Program-made: the position numbers and the translations under genes
In this document: in pieces, positions 39,356-49,901 of the stretch
How the letters are laid out: every line of letters begins with the position of its first letter
Numbering within the stretch: the stretch's first letter is position 1
Assembly: GCA_965658675.1 (NCBI GenBank)
Contig: CBFHTT010000037.1
Location: 16,425 to 80,424, forward strand
Direction of reading: 5' to 3'
Length of the DNA stretch: 64,000 bases
Source of the DNA: Limisphaerales bacterium
Lineage (GTDB): Bacteria; Verrucomicrobiota; Verrucomicrobiia; Limisphaerales; CAZKNW01
Notes under the pieces: generated by a model
Told to the model about the DNA's origin: nothing
Databases searched by the model: none
What the model saw: the letters and a program-made list of their open reading frames with translations, nothing else

Positions 39356-40576
39356 TCAACCTCTGCGGATCTCTGAGCCTTGGAAGCGGATCTGAATGCG
39401 GAAGACGCGTTTTTCGCGGCAGGCGATCTTTCCACTGGTAGGATCGAAGAATTCCGGAATCTCGATACGATGCAGATCGACCACAGCGTGGTAACCGCGC
39501 TCTGAAAAGACGTCGATCAACATGGCGAGTGCTTCAGAGTTGTAGAGGATACGATCTTCGCTGTTCACGATGGCCAGTCCTGAGATGGCGTGGCGCGTCA
39601 CGATGGGCATCAATCGCTCCTGAATGAAGTCGATGACACTGGCGAATAGCTGAGGATTCTTTGTCTCGTAGGAGTCGAGCCGACGGACGAGATCCTGTCT
39701 GGCGTGGATAACGATGTCTTTTGCCAAGGGCAGGGAACGCAGACGATCGTATGTGTCTGGCTCCAGCTCCAATGAACTCTGATAACGCAGCTCCTCGAGG
39801 ATGTTTTTCTCAACCAGTTCGAATGAACCCTGTGCGTTGACGAAATGGTAGAAGAACTGTGCCTTGAGTGATTGGAGTGCGTCCCACGTCTTTTCCTTGA
39901 AGACGCGGTAGCGGTGCTTGGCTGCGTCCGGATCAAGATCGGTTTTGCGGACGATGTATGGTGGCTCATCGCCTTCTTCCACAGCCTTTTCATTGGCTTT
40001 GACCATCTCCTGTCCACGGGAAAGCTGGCGGTCCACACTGGTCTTTTCGTCGACGAAGAGAACCATGATGTGAACGGTGGGTTGGCGGAAGTGCTTGTGC
40101 AGGTCGGTGTCGAAATACTCCTGACGGAGTTCCTTCATCTTGTTGACCAGTAGCTTGAGGCACTCCACCTGAACCTTGGTCCTTGGGAATCCATCCAAGA
40201 CAGCACCATCGCGATACTCTTCCTTGATCAGTTCGCGCAGGACGATGTCGATCACTTCCTTGTCTCCCACGATACCGCCACGGTCCTTGATGGCCTGAGC
40301 CTCAGGGCTGGTGAGTAGGTCGCTGACGACAATGGAATTACAGGTCAGGCCGCGGGCATTGAGGATGAACCGGGTATTAGTGCCTTTACCTGAGCCAGGC
40401 GCACCACCAAGGAGGATGATCTCTTTTGGAAAACGGAGGTTCTCCTTTCCGAGTTCGCTCTGTAGTTCGACCCAGACCTGATTGAAGATCAACTGTGCGT
40501 CTTTGATCTCGAGTTCATTGCTGTCGTCGGGTTGTTGTTCCTTTTCCGGAAGTTGCGGTGCAGGGAGTTCAGACAT
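39356..40576 (-). CDS. Adenylate kinase family protein, long form (406 aa)
   Basis: P-loop GGAPGSGKGT, LDGFPRTKVQ; long N- and C-terminal extensions. Confidence 0.85.
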   Translation of the reverse strand: MSELPAPQLPEKEQQPDDSNELEIKDAQLIFNQVWVELQSELGKENLRFPKEIILLGGAPGSGKGTNTRFILNARGLTCNSIVVSDLLTSPEAQAIKDRGGIVGDKEVIDIVLRELIKEEYRDGAVLDGFPRTKVQVECLKLLVNKMKELRQEYFDTDLHKHFRQPTVHIMVLFVDEKTSVDRQLSRGQEMVKANEKAVEEGDEPPYIVRKTDLDPDAAKHRYRVFKEKTWDALQSLKAQFFYHFVNAQGSFELVEKNILEELRYQSSLELEPDTYDRLRSLPLAKDIVIHARQDLVRRLDSYETKNPQLFASVIDFIQERLMPIVTRHAISGLAIVNSEDRILYNSEALAMLIDVFSERGYHAVVDLHRIEIPEFFDPTSGKIACREKRVFRIQIRFQGSEIRRG

Positions 40577-40584
40577 GATACGGC

Positions 40585-43500
40585 TTAGTGGAGTGACTGC
40601 AGGTAGTCGATCAGGGAGGCGAATTCGTGGATGGTCAGGTTGGCGGCGAGTCCGCTTGGCATCATGGATGTGGTGCGGGTGCCTTGGTTGACAACTTCGG
40701 CTTGTTTGAATCGTGTGACGATGCCGGCGACGTTGCGGACTTCAATCTCTCCGTCCTGAATTGAGGTGACGAATCCTTCGTAGGAGAAGTCATCGCTGGT
40801 CTCGAACCATTGGGTTTGGAAGCCCTGTGCGACGATGGCATTGGGCTCCATCACGGATTGAATCAGATCGAAGCGCTTCCATTTCTTTCCAGCATCACCG
40901 AGGTAGGGGCCTTTTGGTGCGTCGTCTGGATTGACAGTGTGACAGGCCACGCAGCCTTGGCGTGCGAAGAGCTGCTTGCCGAGTGTGGCATCGCCCTGGG
41001 TGTTGAGCGTGCGTTTGGTGGCCTCCTCGATGGAAAGATCGGCGACCAATGCACCAGATGTATCCTTGGTGGCTGCCAGTTGTTTCAAAACTTCGATACC
41101 AGCCTTGGCCAGGTTTGCTTTCTTGCTTTGAGCAGCGGCTTCGACATCTGCTTTGAAGGCGGTCAGTCCCATTTCGCCGATGGCGAAGATATACTCAGAG
41201 TTGTTTTTGTGTTTTGCCAGAGAACCGGACACCAGTTTCTTCATATAGTCATTGGAGAGTGGTGACTGACGGATGTTGAGGGCGATCATCATTCCGATGC
41301 GGCCTTGGTATCCTTTGGGTTTACGGAGCACATCACGGACGATCTTTGGCTTCTGTTGATGTTCGGAAGAGAAAATGAAGGATTGCTTCTCATTCTGAAA
41401 AAGCGTGTTTTCCTTTTCGCTCTCTTCCCAACCACTGAGGATGTCCAGCTGTGCCAGGAATGCCTCACGTCCGACGATTCGTCCGATGGTGCGAAAAGCC
41501 TGAAGGCGGGTTTCTGGATCGCGGGCTGTATCGAGTGCTGCTTCGGTGAGTGGGGCAATGGCGAAGCTGCCCGGGGTGGAGGATTCGATCAGGGCGATGA
41601 CTTCATCAACCTGAACGTTCAAGGCGAGTTCGGTGGGATCGATCCGATTGCGGCGTAGTTGAACCAACAGGTCTGAGTGTTGTTCAGGCCTTACCTTGTT
41701 GAACCCTTCTTCAATGGTCTTCTGAATGGCTGGTGTCATGGCCCAGGTCTGAGGTGTAAAATAAGGACCACGATCATCAGGACGGGTGGTCCACCACTTG
41801 GTGCCATCCCAGACCTCGTCCTTGTGATAGAGACGGAACAGGGTTCTCAGAATACCGCGGGTGAGAAACGGATCATTGCTTTGGTCCAGTTTTGAAATGA
41901 GTCCATTCACCGTTGCGTCGCTGTGCATTTCCTGAAGTGCGGCGAGCGCGGTGCTGTTCTGAGCCGGGTTGTTCAGTGCTGATAGGCAGGCTTCAGATGC
42001 GTTCAGTGCCACGAGTGCTTTGACAATGGTGTGTGGAAGGCGTTGTGCGGGGGCTTCTTCTAGGAAATCGCTCTTGCGGGCTCCGAGTGAAAGAATCTCA
42101 GGCGCGTATTCCTTTTTGCCCAAGCGGACGAGTCCGATCACTGATTGGAGGACGATGCGCGGATCTTCGCTAACGAGTCCATCGCGGTAGAGTGAGACGT
42201 CTGCATTGGCGGTCTGACCAGGGATGTCAGCCATGGCGCGTAGGAGATACTCAGCGATGGTGTTGTCCTGGATACTACCGGCGAGAACAGGATTGGCGCG
42301 CTCGCCGATCCATTGCTTAAGGGTGAAAATGGCGGCCACGCGGGCTTCGATGGAAGCGTTGGTGTCGCGGATCAATTTGACCAATGGGTTGGTGCTTCCA
42401 CTTGAAGGGCGGGTTAGTAGTTCGCGTTGAGCGTTGATTCTCAGAACGGCGCTCTTGGAGGCGAGATACTTGATCAGCTTGCCTGTAGAAGCCGATGCGA
42501 GATCTGGAAATGCAGGTTGCTTGCTGCCGAAGCTGATCTGATAGACTGCACCGACGTCTTCCTTGTCGAAGCGATAACCACCGCCGGCCCAGTCACAGAC
42601 GTAGAGATTGGACTGACCATCCACATCGATATCGATGGCGCGAATGCCGTGGAATTTTTCCTGTCCAGCAATGAACGTATCACCCACTCGTTTCAATTCA
42701 TGTTGATAGACGCCCTGTGTGGTGTAGTCGCAGGTGTAGAGCGTGTTGTTGTATTCAGCGGGGATGCCGGGCTCATCGAGAAACAATCCACCGGTTCCAG
42801 ATCCTCCGCCGTAGTCATCAAGCGGTTGAATGATCTCATCAGGGAAGTTCTTATAGAGCCTTGGGTAACCGTGGTTTCCGAGCGCAGTGAACTGATGCAA
42901 ACGAGTGTTCCAGCCCTTGCCATCATTGGTGTTGTCTCTGGAAAAGAGATCCAGCGTCGGGCTGATCGCCACGTCGTAAATGTTGCGTGTGTATTTGGCG
43001 AAGTGCTCCAGATGGCTGCCGTCAGGACGGACTCTTACCACGCCGCCGCCATGCAGGTGTGCGCTTGAGCCGTCAGTTCCCTCAGCTTTTACAAATCCGT
43101 AATCGCCGATCGCCATATAGAGCCATCCATCGATGCCCATGCGAACGCCATTGGAAGTGTGGTCTGCGCCACGAAATGACAGATCAAATCCCAGCCCTTT
43201 GACCAACACCTTCGTCTCATCGGCGACGCCGTCATTGTCTGTGTCGCGAAATGCAGTGAGGAAAGGAGGATTGACCACGTAGAGTGTGCCATGCACGAAA
43301 CAGCTGCCACGCGGGCTGTCTATGTTGGGAACGTAGTCGGTGAACTTGTCCGCTGTGCCGTCGCCGTCAGTATCTTCACAGCGAACGATTTTTCCCATCT
43401 GTGATTGCTGATCCAGCGAGCTGTTCTTATCCACGCTGACATACACTTCACCGGTCGCGGATGCTGCCACACTGGTGGGATAAGTGATGTTAGGAGGGAG

Positions 43501-43608
43501 GGCAAAAGTCTTGATGGTTGCACTTTCAGGAAGTGCCCAAACAGACGTCATTCCCAATGCCAGAAGCATCAGGGCAGACAACAACGGTTTGATACGGGAC
43601 AGATACAT
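40585..43608 (-). CDS. PVC-type membrane-bound dehydrogenase with HEAT region and C-terminal cytochrome c
   Basis: Signal peptide; DTDGDG.AD repeats, G.DGWLY..GD, RN.YD; CVACH heme motif, SMMP.GL. Confidence 0.88.
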   Translation of the reverse strand: MYLSRIKPLLSALMLLALGMTSVWALPESATIKTFALPPNITYPTSVAASATGEVYVSVDKNSSLDQQSQMGKIVRCEDTDGDGTADKFTDYVPNIDSPRGSCFVHGTLYVVNPPFLTAFRDTDNDGVADETKVLVKGLGFDLSFRGADHTSNGVRMGIDGWLYMAIGDYGFVKAEGTDGSSAHLHGGGVVRVRPDGSHLEHFAKYTRNIYDVAISPTLDLFSRDNTNDGKGWNTRLHQFTALGNHGYPRLYKNFPDEIIQPLDDYGGGSGTGGLFLDEPGIPAEYNNTLYTCDYTTQGVYQHELKRVGDTFIAGQEKFHGIRAIDIDVDGQSNLYVCDWAGGGYRFDKEDVGAVYQISFGSKQPAFPDLASASTGKLIKYLASKSAVLRINAQRELLTRPSSGSTNPLVKLIRDTNASIEARVAAIFTLKQWIGERANPVLAGSIQDNTIAEYLLRAMADIPGQTANADVSLYRDGLVSEDPRIVLQSVIGLVRLGKKEYAPEILSLGARKSDFLEEAPAQRLPHTIVKALVALNASEACLSALNNPAQNSTALAALQEMHSDATVNGLISKLDQSNDPFLTRGILRTLFRLYHKDEVWDGTKWWTTRPDDRGPYFTPQTWAMTPAIQKTIEEGFNKVRPEQHSDLLVQLRRNRIDPTELALNVQVDEVIALIESSTPGSFAIAPLTEAALDTARDPETRLQAFRTIGRIVGREAFLAQLDILSGWEESEKENTLFQNEKQSFIFSSEHQQKPKIVRDVLRKPKGYQGRIGMMIALNIRQSPLSNDYMKKLVSGSLAKHKNNSEYIFAIGEMGLTAFKADVEAAAQSKKANLAKAGIEVLKQLAATKDTSGALVADLSIEEATKRTLNTQGDATLGKQLFARQGCVACHTVNPDDAPKGPYLGDAGKKWKRFDLIQSVMEPNAIVAQGFQTQWFETSDDFSYEGFVTSIQDGEIEVRNVAGIVTRFKQAEVVNQGTRTTSMMPSGLAANLTIHEFASLIDYLQSLH

Positions 43609-43677
43609 CTTCAAAGATCCGGGTCGCACGGTTCGAAAAGTCGGAAAAACAACCGTCAAAACGTGCTTTTGTCGATG

Positions 43678-45021
43678 TTATTTACTCCCTGCGATGATTC
43701 TTCGAAGAACCAGTCGTCCGTAAAAGAGGGTCACAATGGCCGCGCTCCAGGTCACAAGGAACACGCCCCACCAGATTCCATCCAGCTTCCAGTCGAGGTG
43801 AAACGCCAGATAGGAGAAGACGAGATAGGGTGCCACGATCTGCCGATAGAGCCCGATCCAAAGCGCATACATGGGGCGTTTGAGCCCTTGGAGCATGTAG
43901 ACGGTCTGGAAGAGAATGACGTAGGAAGGCAGGGTAATTGCCGCGATTCTAAGGTATTCAGCCCCGATACGAATGACCGTCTGATCATCAGTGAAGGCAT
44001 CCATCAGGGGCGTCGCCAGCAGCCAGATGCCAATCCCGCCAGCCACCATCATGGCGAGCCCATAGCCCATGGTCTTCTTCCATGCGGCGTTGATCCGGTC
44101 GAAGAGCTTGGCACCATTGTTCTGCCCTGTGATCGTCAACAGGGCGATGTTCAGTCCGATTGTCGGCATGAGCGCGATCTGTTCCACCCGGGTTGCAATT
44201 CCATAGGCAGCCACTCCCTCTTTTCCAAAATTGGCCGCAAACCAAGTGATGACAAAAATACCAATGGCCACCGTCATCGTATTGAGTCCGGCGGGGATGC
44301 CCTGCTTGGCGATGTCACCAAAGAATGATGCATGGGGTGTCATGCGAGACAGATCGAGGTCAGCCCAGAGCTTCGTCTTTCTCAATCGATAAATGAGGTA
44401 AATGCAGCCGACGATCTGGATCATGACTGTGGCCAGCGCGATTCCCCTGATTCCCATCGCAGGCAGGCCCAGCCCTCCATACAGGAACCATGGGTCGAGC
44501 ACGCAATTCAGGAGGAAGCCTATGATCAGCAGATTTCGAAATGTCTTCGTATCGCCCTGAGCGCTGAGTGAAGCATTCAGGATCGACTGTGTGACGAAGA
44601 AGACAGCGCCGTAGAGAATGATCGTCATGTACTGCATCGAGATGACGAGGTATTCATCCGAGGCTCCCAAGAACTCGAATAGCGCGGGCGATGCCAGCAA
44701 TCCACCGATACTCAGAACGACGGAGAGGATCAGGCCAAAACTGATTGCCTGAAGCGAAAAGGTCTGCGCCTTGATCTCGTCCTTTTCACCAAGCGCATTT
44801 GATATCAACGCAGTGGAGCCCTGAGAAATGCCTGAAGCCATCGCGATGATCATGAAGAAGATCGGAAACGACAGAGACATGGCCGCCAAGGCATCCGTGG
44901 AGATCTTACCTGCAAAGTAAGTATCCACGACATTGTACATCGTATGGAAAAAGATCCCGATACTGGCTGGCACAGCAATATTGCGAACGAGTTCTGGAAT
45001 AGGATCTTTGGTGATGTCCAT
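43678..45021 (-). CDS. MATE-family efflux transporter
   Basis: YNVVDT, GDTKT, N..LDP..LYG..P.MGIRG.ALAT, GQNNGAK. Confidence 0.93.
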   Translation of the reverse strand: MDITKDPIPELVRNIAVPASIGIFFHTMYNVVDTYFAGKISTDALAAMSLSFPIFFMIIAMASGISQGSTALISNALGEKDEIKAQTFSLQAISFGLILSVVLSIGGLLASPALFEFLGASDEYLVISMQYMTIILYGAVFFVTQSILNASLSAQGDTKTFRNLLIIGFLLNCVLDPWFLYGGLGLPAMGIRGIALATVMIQIVGCIYLIYRLRKTKLWADLDLSRMTPHASFFGDIAKQGIPAGLNTMTVAIGIFVITWFAANFGKEGVAAYGIATRVEQIALMPTIGLNIALLTITGQNNGAKLFDRINAAWKKTMGYGLAMMVAGGIGIWLLATPLMDAFTDDQTVIRIGAEYLRIAAITLPSYVILFQTVYMLQGLKRPMYALWIGLYRQIVAPYLVFSYLAFHLDWKLDGIWWGVFLVTWSAAIVTLFYGRLVLRRIIAGSK

Positions 45022-45156
45022 AAGGGACGGGGAGAAGAGCACGCCTCAGCAGGAAGGCAAGTCTTTCAGTTGGAGATGAGAGGAATGGAGAGCCTCATAG
45101 GACGGGCTAATGATCGGTGGAAAGCCGACGCGTCTTCCAAAAGAAGGTAAATCGAA

Positions 45157-46854
45157 CTATTGAGGGACGATCTGTGATTGGATGCGTTGGATTTCGTTTG
45201 TGCTACCGGTGGCTGTGGCTTCTTTGATGGCCTGGAGCAGAACGATGTTTGCCTGATTCGTGAAGCCCTGTTCGCGAAAGCTCTTGGCGAGATTCTCGTA
45301 GGCTTCGAGGTAGAAGTTGCCGTGATTGATCGCCTCGGTCCAGTGGTGTTCGGCCTTGGTGAAGAGGGATTCCCTTGCGTAGGCAATGGCGAGGTTGTTG
45401 TGGGCTCGTGGATGATCTGGCTGGAACCTCAGGACATCAAGATAGGTGCGGATCGCTTGGGCGGTTTGCCCATTCTCCAATTGGCCATCCCCCACTGCCA
45501 GTTGTGTCTCTCTGTGGTCGATGGCGCGTTGAAAATACGGAATGGCCTTTTCCTTGTCGCCGTTTCGCGAATGGGCGAGTCCGATCTGATTCAATAGCAG
45601 CGGGTTCTCTCTGGTCGCGGCTAGGGCATGATTGAACAGCGTTACAGAGTCGCTCCATCGCGCGCTGTATTTGGAGGTGACGATAGGCTGAAGGAAACCA
45701 CTGACAAACATCCCTGCCGCCAGGCAGATCCACGGCTTGCCCGATATCGCCATCAGGTGAATGAGCGCGTAGGCCAGTGCGATCATGCCGCCCATGAGAG
45801 GGAGGTAGCAGTAGCGATCTGCCGGGCCCTGAATGCCGATCTTTACCGCTCCCATCACTGGAACGAGTGTTCCCAGAAACCAAAGGATGCCGACCGTGAT
45901 TTCCGGTCTGGAGTGTCTGCACTTGAAGGCGACGATCAGGAGTCCCTGAACGACTGCCAGTCCCGCAAAAAGTCTGCCCGTATCTGGATTGATGGGGATG
46001 GGATGGAAGATGGAATACTCGTTGATCGGTAAAGGAATCAACGCACGTATGAAGTAGTCGAAGTATCCACCCACGGCGATGGTAAGACGTTGATCTGCAG
46101 GGAAGAGGGATGTGGGTTTTACGGCACCTGAGGCGTCCTGCGAATAAAGCGCCATCCATGCTCCGAGCAAACAGATGATCAGGAACCCCAGTTTTTCTTT
46201 AATGAGCGGTTTGATGGTGGCTGATTCGAGTTTCTTGAAAGGCCAATGATCCAGAAGCAGTAGCAAGGCGGGGAAGGTGATCAACATGGGCTTGGCCATG
46301 ATACTCAGTGCGAGCATGACGTGAGTGAGGATGTATGCCTTTCGATCGGGACTTGTTTTGTATCGGCTCCATTGGAGAAGAGCGAGTAGTCCAAAGAAGG
46401 TGCTGAGAAGTCCCTTGCGCTCGGAGATCCACATGACCGGTTCCACATGCAGTGGATGAATGGACCAGAGGTAGGCAACGAGGAAGGCAATCCAAGGAGA
46501 CAGGGTCCATTTTCGGATCAGCAAAAAGAGCAGGAGCGCGTTTCCAATGTGAAGGAGCAGATTGGTGAGGTGAAATCCACTGGGACGCAATCCGTGAATA
46601 GAGGCATCAAGTCCCAGACTCAGCCAGGTGAGTGGTGTCCATGCGGAATATTCAGTTGAGGTGAATGCCCAGCCAATGGAGTTCAGAGAAAGCCCCTGTG
46701 CAATGTGAGGATTGTTGGTGACGTAGAGATCGTCGTCGTAGTTTAGAAACTCAGAGAAGGGAGCGCGCCAGTAGAGGATGGCAAGAGTGACGAACAACGC
46801 GAGCATCATGCGGCGGATGAGTGCCGTTTGAGGATCGTTGGTTGGTTGTGTCAC
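45157..46854 (-). CDS. TMTC-like GT-C membrane protein with C-terminal TPRs
   Basis: NYDD..YV, FHLTNLLLH, HPLHVEPV.WISERK, ADRY.YLP, TPR (AHNNLA); GTG start. Confidence 0.85.
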   Translation of the reverse strand: MTQPTNDPQTALIRRMMLALFVTLAILYWRAPFSEFLNYDDDLYVTNNPHIAQGLSLNSIGWAFTSTEYSAWTPLTWLSLGLDASIHGLRPSGFHLTNLLLHIGNALLLFLLIRKWTLSPWIAFLVAYLWSIHPLHVEPVMWISERKGLLSTFFGLLALLQWSRYKTSPDRKAYILTHVMLALSIMAKPMLITFPALLLLLDHWPFKKLESATIKPLIKEKLGFLIICLLGAWMALYSQDASGAVKPTSLFPADQRLTIAVGGYFDYFIRALIPLPINEYSIFHPIPINPDTGRLFAGLAVVQGLLIVAFKCRHSRPEITVGILWFLGTLVPVMGAVKIGIQGPADRYCYLPLMGGMIALAYALIHLMAISGKPWICLAAGMFVSGFLQPIVTSKYSARWSDSVTLFNHALAATRENPLLLNQIGLAHSRNGDKEKAIPYFQRAIDHRETQLAVGDGQLENGQTAQAIRTYLDVLRFQPDHPRAHNNLAIAYARESLFTKAEHHWTEAINHGNFYLEAYENLAKSFREQGFTNQANIVLLQAIKEATATGSTNEIQRIQSQIVPQ

Positions 46855-46975
46855 GTGGTGGGAAATGGCGTTCTTTCAGTCAGTCGTTGACCTTGTTGAT
46901 CGGTAAACCTAGGGGGCAAAGCCCGGTGTGTCGACTGGGATTCGGTGAGCGCCGGAAAGCGATTCTTTATCCTGC

Positions 46976-48175
46976 CTAACGCGTCGGGTTCTCGTACCAA
47001 AAGATGGCATTGAATTCCCGCTCTTCGCAGGTCAATGCATCCAGATCGCCGTCACCATCCAGGTCAATGAGCGGGATCAAATCGTGTTTGATACCTGCTG
47101 ATCCTGAGATGTCATGGAAAGTCCATTTCTCGTCGGTTCCTTTGCTGATCCACGAAACCCCTTTCTTTGGTCCATCTGCACGTTCACATGAAAAGACGAG
47201 ATCAGGCAACCCATCGAGATTGATGTCTCCAATGCTGACTGCCTTGGCTCCACCATGATCTGGAGGGATCGTGATAAATTCAGATTTCCAGTCATCGCCA
47301 CATTCGCATTCCCTGAGAAAGAGTCCGATCCGGTTCGGGCGGATACCCATGACCACATCCGTCAAACCATCCAGATTGAAATCCCCGGTGCTGCAGAACA
47401 TGGCCTCTTCGCCAGCGGCTCCTATTGGGCGCTCGATCCATTCGTATTCCAATGCCTCTTCATGACCGGGATTATCCAGCCAGGAACAGATCGAATGTGC
47501 GCCCTTGCGATCTGTGAAAAGGATGTCCTCGTCACCGTCGGCATCCATATCCGTCACGATCAAGGACATGATCCACCCAGCTTCCCGCAACTCATGCCAT
47601 TCCCACCCTTCCATATCGCGCGGATTCTCAGGCGCAATCCATACACCGATCGTGCCATTGGGGGACTTGGATCCGCAGATCAGATCCAGACCATGTTTTC
47701 CATCCACCTGCATGGGCGCGCAGAACATCCACTTGGTTTTCTTGACCGAGCCGGGGATGACCTTGGTCCGCCACTTTGCTTCCTTCCAGTAATCATCCTT
47801 GTTTGCTGGTGCCCAATGAATGCGAAGGGACATGTCATTGCCCTCACAACTGGAAATCACATCCGCCGAGCCGTCTCCATCAAGATCTGCGAGGACAGCA
47901 TCTTCGACAGCCCTGGTCTTACCCACGGTGACAAATGGCCATGGCTTCCTTGCTTCAGGTCCTTTTCCCGGATTGCGATAGACCCGCGTCACGTTGCCTT
48001 CCTCCCAGCCCGTGGCGATATCCAGCAAGCCATCGTTGTCTACGTCCATCATCCGGATGCCATCGGCCCCTTTGCTCGAGCGGTCGATGTAATGACGTTT
48101 CCACTGGGCGCCATCAGCAGGTGAAACAGAACAGCACATCAGGAGTGCCAGTGAACATAGAATGATCGGGCGCAT
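46976..48175 (-). CDS. Secreted FG-GAP/VCBS repeat protein
   Basis: Signal peptide; repeated D.DGDG..D motifs; WYENP C-terminus. Confidence 0.85.
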   Translation of the reverse strand: MRPIILCSLALLMCCSVSPADGAQWKRHYIDRSSKGADGIRMMDVDNDGLLDIATGWEEGNVTRVYRNPGKGPEARKPWPFVTVGKTRAVEDAVLADLDGDGSADVISSCEGNDMSLRIHWAPANKDDYWKEAKWRTKVIPGSVKKTKWMFCAPMQVDGKHGLDLICGSKSPNGTIGVWIAPENPRDMEGWEWHELREAGWIMSLIVTDMDADGDEDILFTDRKGAHSICSWLDNPGHEEALEYEWIERPIGAAGEEAMFCSTGDFNLDGLTDVVMGIRPNRIGLFLRECECGDDWKSEFITIPPDHGGAKAVSIGDINLDGLPDLVFSCERADGPKKGVSWISKGTDEKWTFHDISGSAGIKHDLIPLIDLDGDGDLDALTCEEREFNAIFWYENPTR

Positions 48176-48192
48176 GTGGGCAGAGTAGGAAG

Positions 48193-49176
48193 ATGGCTGA
48201 AACTTTCAACCATGCGCGCTATGGTTCTTCCATGCGACCCCTGTTGGTCAGAATTCTGGATTGGTTCACGATTCACTACGCCGCCCTGAAACTCCCCAAG
48301 GAGATCGGGCTTCAATCCAATCTCGAGCAGGCTCAGGAGATCCTGATGAATCCTCATTTCATTCAGGCCCCGGAAGCCGTTGTCGCCGCCCCCAAGTTCG
48401 ATAAGGCAGGGGGCTTCACCTTTGATTCATTGACCGACTACGGACCGGAGAACAATCGACTCGCCAATGGTGTGTTCTTCAAGGCCGGTCCATGGAACAA
48501 ACATCCAGCCGTGATCCTCGTGCATGGCTACAACGCCGAGATTGCCTATCAGGGAGTCATGCGAGAATGGGCCGCGCAACTCAAGGCGCAGGGAATCAAC
48601 GCACTGATGTTTGAGCTGCCCTTTCATGGGGCGCGCAGACCCGTCGCAGGCGAACCAATTCGCAACTTCTTCTGTGCCGATCTCCTGCATGTCGGAAGGG
48701 CATTTCAACAAGCCTTTTACGATCAACAGGGTCTGATCCATTGGCTCAGAGAACAAGGCTGCCCATCCATTGGTCTATGGGGAAATTCCTTGGGAGCACT
48801 CATCTCAGGGAACCTCAGCACGATCGAGGGCCTGGTCGATTCAATCGCACTTCTATCCCCAGTGACACGGCTGAAGCCCGCCCTCAGAGACCTTGCCTTT
48901 GCGCACACCATGAAACGCTCCATCGGCTCGCGAGAATTTCCACTTCAGCAACTGGATCTTCCAACCAAAGAGCCCGCCATAGCAGGTGAAAACATCTGCG
49001 TGGTTTCTGGTAAATACGATCTCTTTGCCCCATTTCATTCCCAGCGGGAACTCATACGCGCGTGGGACTGTCCCAATCACCAGATCCACCCCGAAGGCCA
49101 CATCAGCATCCTGAAGAATCAATCCGCAGTCACCGACGCCATCCAGCACTTCAGAAACGTCCTCCAAGGCAGCTGA
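48193..49176 (+). CDS. Alpha/beta-hydrolase
   Basis: VILVHG, LPFHGARRP, nucleophile GNSLG, YD, GH. Confidence 0.85.
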   Translation: MAETFNHARYGSSMRPLLVRILDWFTIHYAALKLPKEIGLQSNLEQAQEILMNPHFIQAPEAVVAAPKFDKAGGFTFDSLTDYGPENNRLANGVFFKAGPWNKHPAVILVHGYNAEIAYQGVMREWAAQLKAQGINALMFELPFHGARRPVAGEPIRNFFCADLLHVGRAFQQAFYDQQGLIHWLREQGCPSIGLWGNSLGALISGNLSTIEGLVDSIALLSPVTRLKPALRDLAFAHTMKRSIGSREFPLQQLDLPTKEPAIAGENICVVSGKYDLFAPFHSQRELIRAWDCPNHQIHPEGHISILKNQSAVTDAIQHFRNVLQGS

Positions 49177-49332
49177 TTCCCAGCATGCCATCCAGCGCGA
49201 TCAGAATGATGGAAAGCAGGTTAAAAATGCCTGAAAAACGGTGTCGATAGAGGCCATTGGAAAAAAGTTGGAATTCTATCAGAAAAAATCTTGCGCAGGA
49301 GGGGAGTCACATGGATAGTCCCCGGCCCGGTT

Positions 49333-49409
49333 CGGAGAGTAGCTCAGCTTGGTAGAGCACCTGCTTTGGGAGCAGGACGTCGCAGGTTCAAATCCTGTCT
49401 CTCCGACCA
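49333..49409 (+). tRNA. tRNA-Pro (TGG)
   Basis: Acceptor CGGAGAG/CTCTCCG, anticodon arm CCTGC-TTTGGGA-GCAGG, GGTTCAAATCC, CCA; TTGCGC-17-GATAGT promoter at 49291-49319. Confidence 0.97.
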
Positions 49410-49611
49410 TTTTTTTGTACCGATCTCATTTCGAGTAAATCGTTTCCCCCTTCAGCGTTCTTCAGTGTGTTCCGTTGGCATTCCATCTAAAGCGCCAACT
49501 GCATAGTTGCTGACTTTGGAGTGTTTGATCCTTCGGCCCTACAGGCCTTTCCCAATCCATAGGCCCGTCGATTAACTTCCCAATGCCTGAGCGACCAACG
49601 ATAGAAAGTAA

Positions 49612-49702
49612 TCTCACAGAGCCACAGAGGATCACGGAGAAAGGGCAGATGCATGCATCTGTCCATGCAGCTCACTCCGTGAATCTCCGTGTCACCGTGA
49701 GA
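49612..49702. repeat. Inverted pair of CACNGAG-periodic repeats around a perfect 16-bp palindrome
   Basis: Arms 49612-49639 and 49675-49702; central CAGATGCATGCATCTG at 49646-49661. Confidence 0.8.
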
Positions 49703-49901
49703 GAAAGAATCAGTCCTCCCAGTCCGCCCCTTTTCTGAAGGATTCAGAGATAGGTGTCATCACTGCAGACCGGGACAGGCGCTCAGCCGCAGAGCTGCTT
49801 CAAGACGCAAAAATTCAAAAAAGGAAAAGAGAGGGGTAATGAGATTTTAGTGTTTGTGTTTTGAACGGGCTGTTAAGAAAAACGCCACTCGTTTACCCAC
49901 C

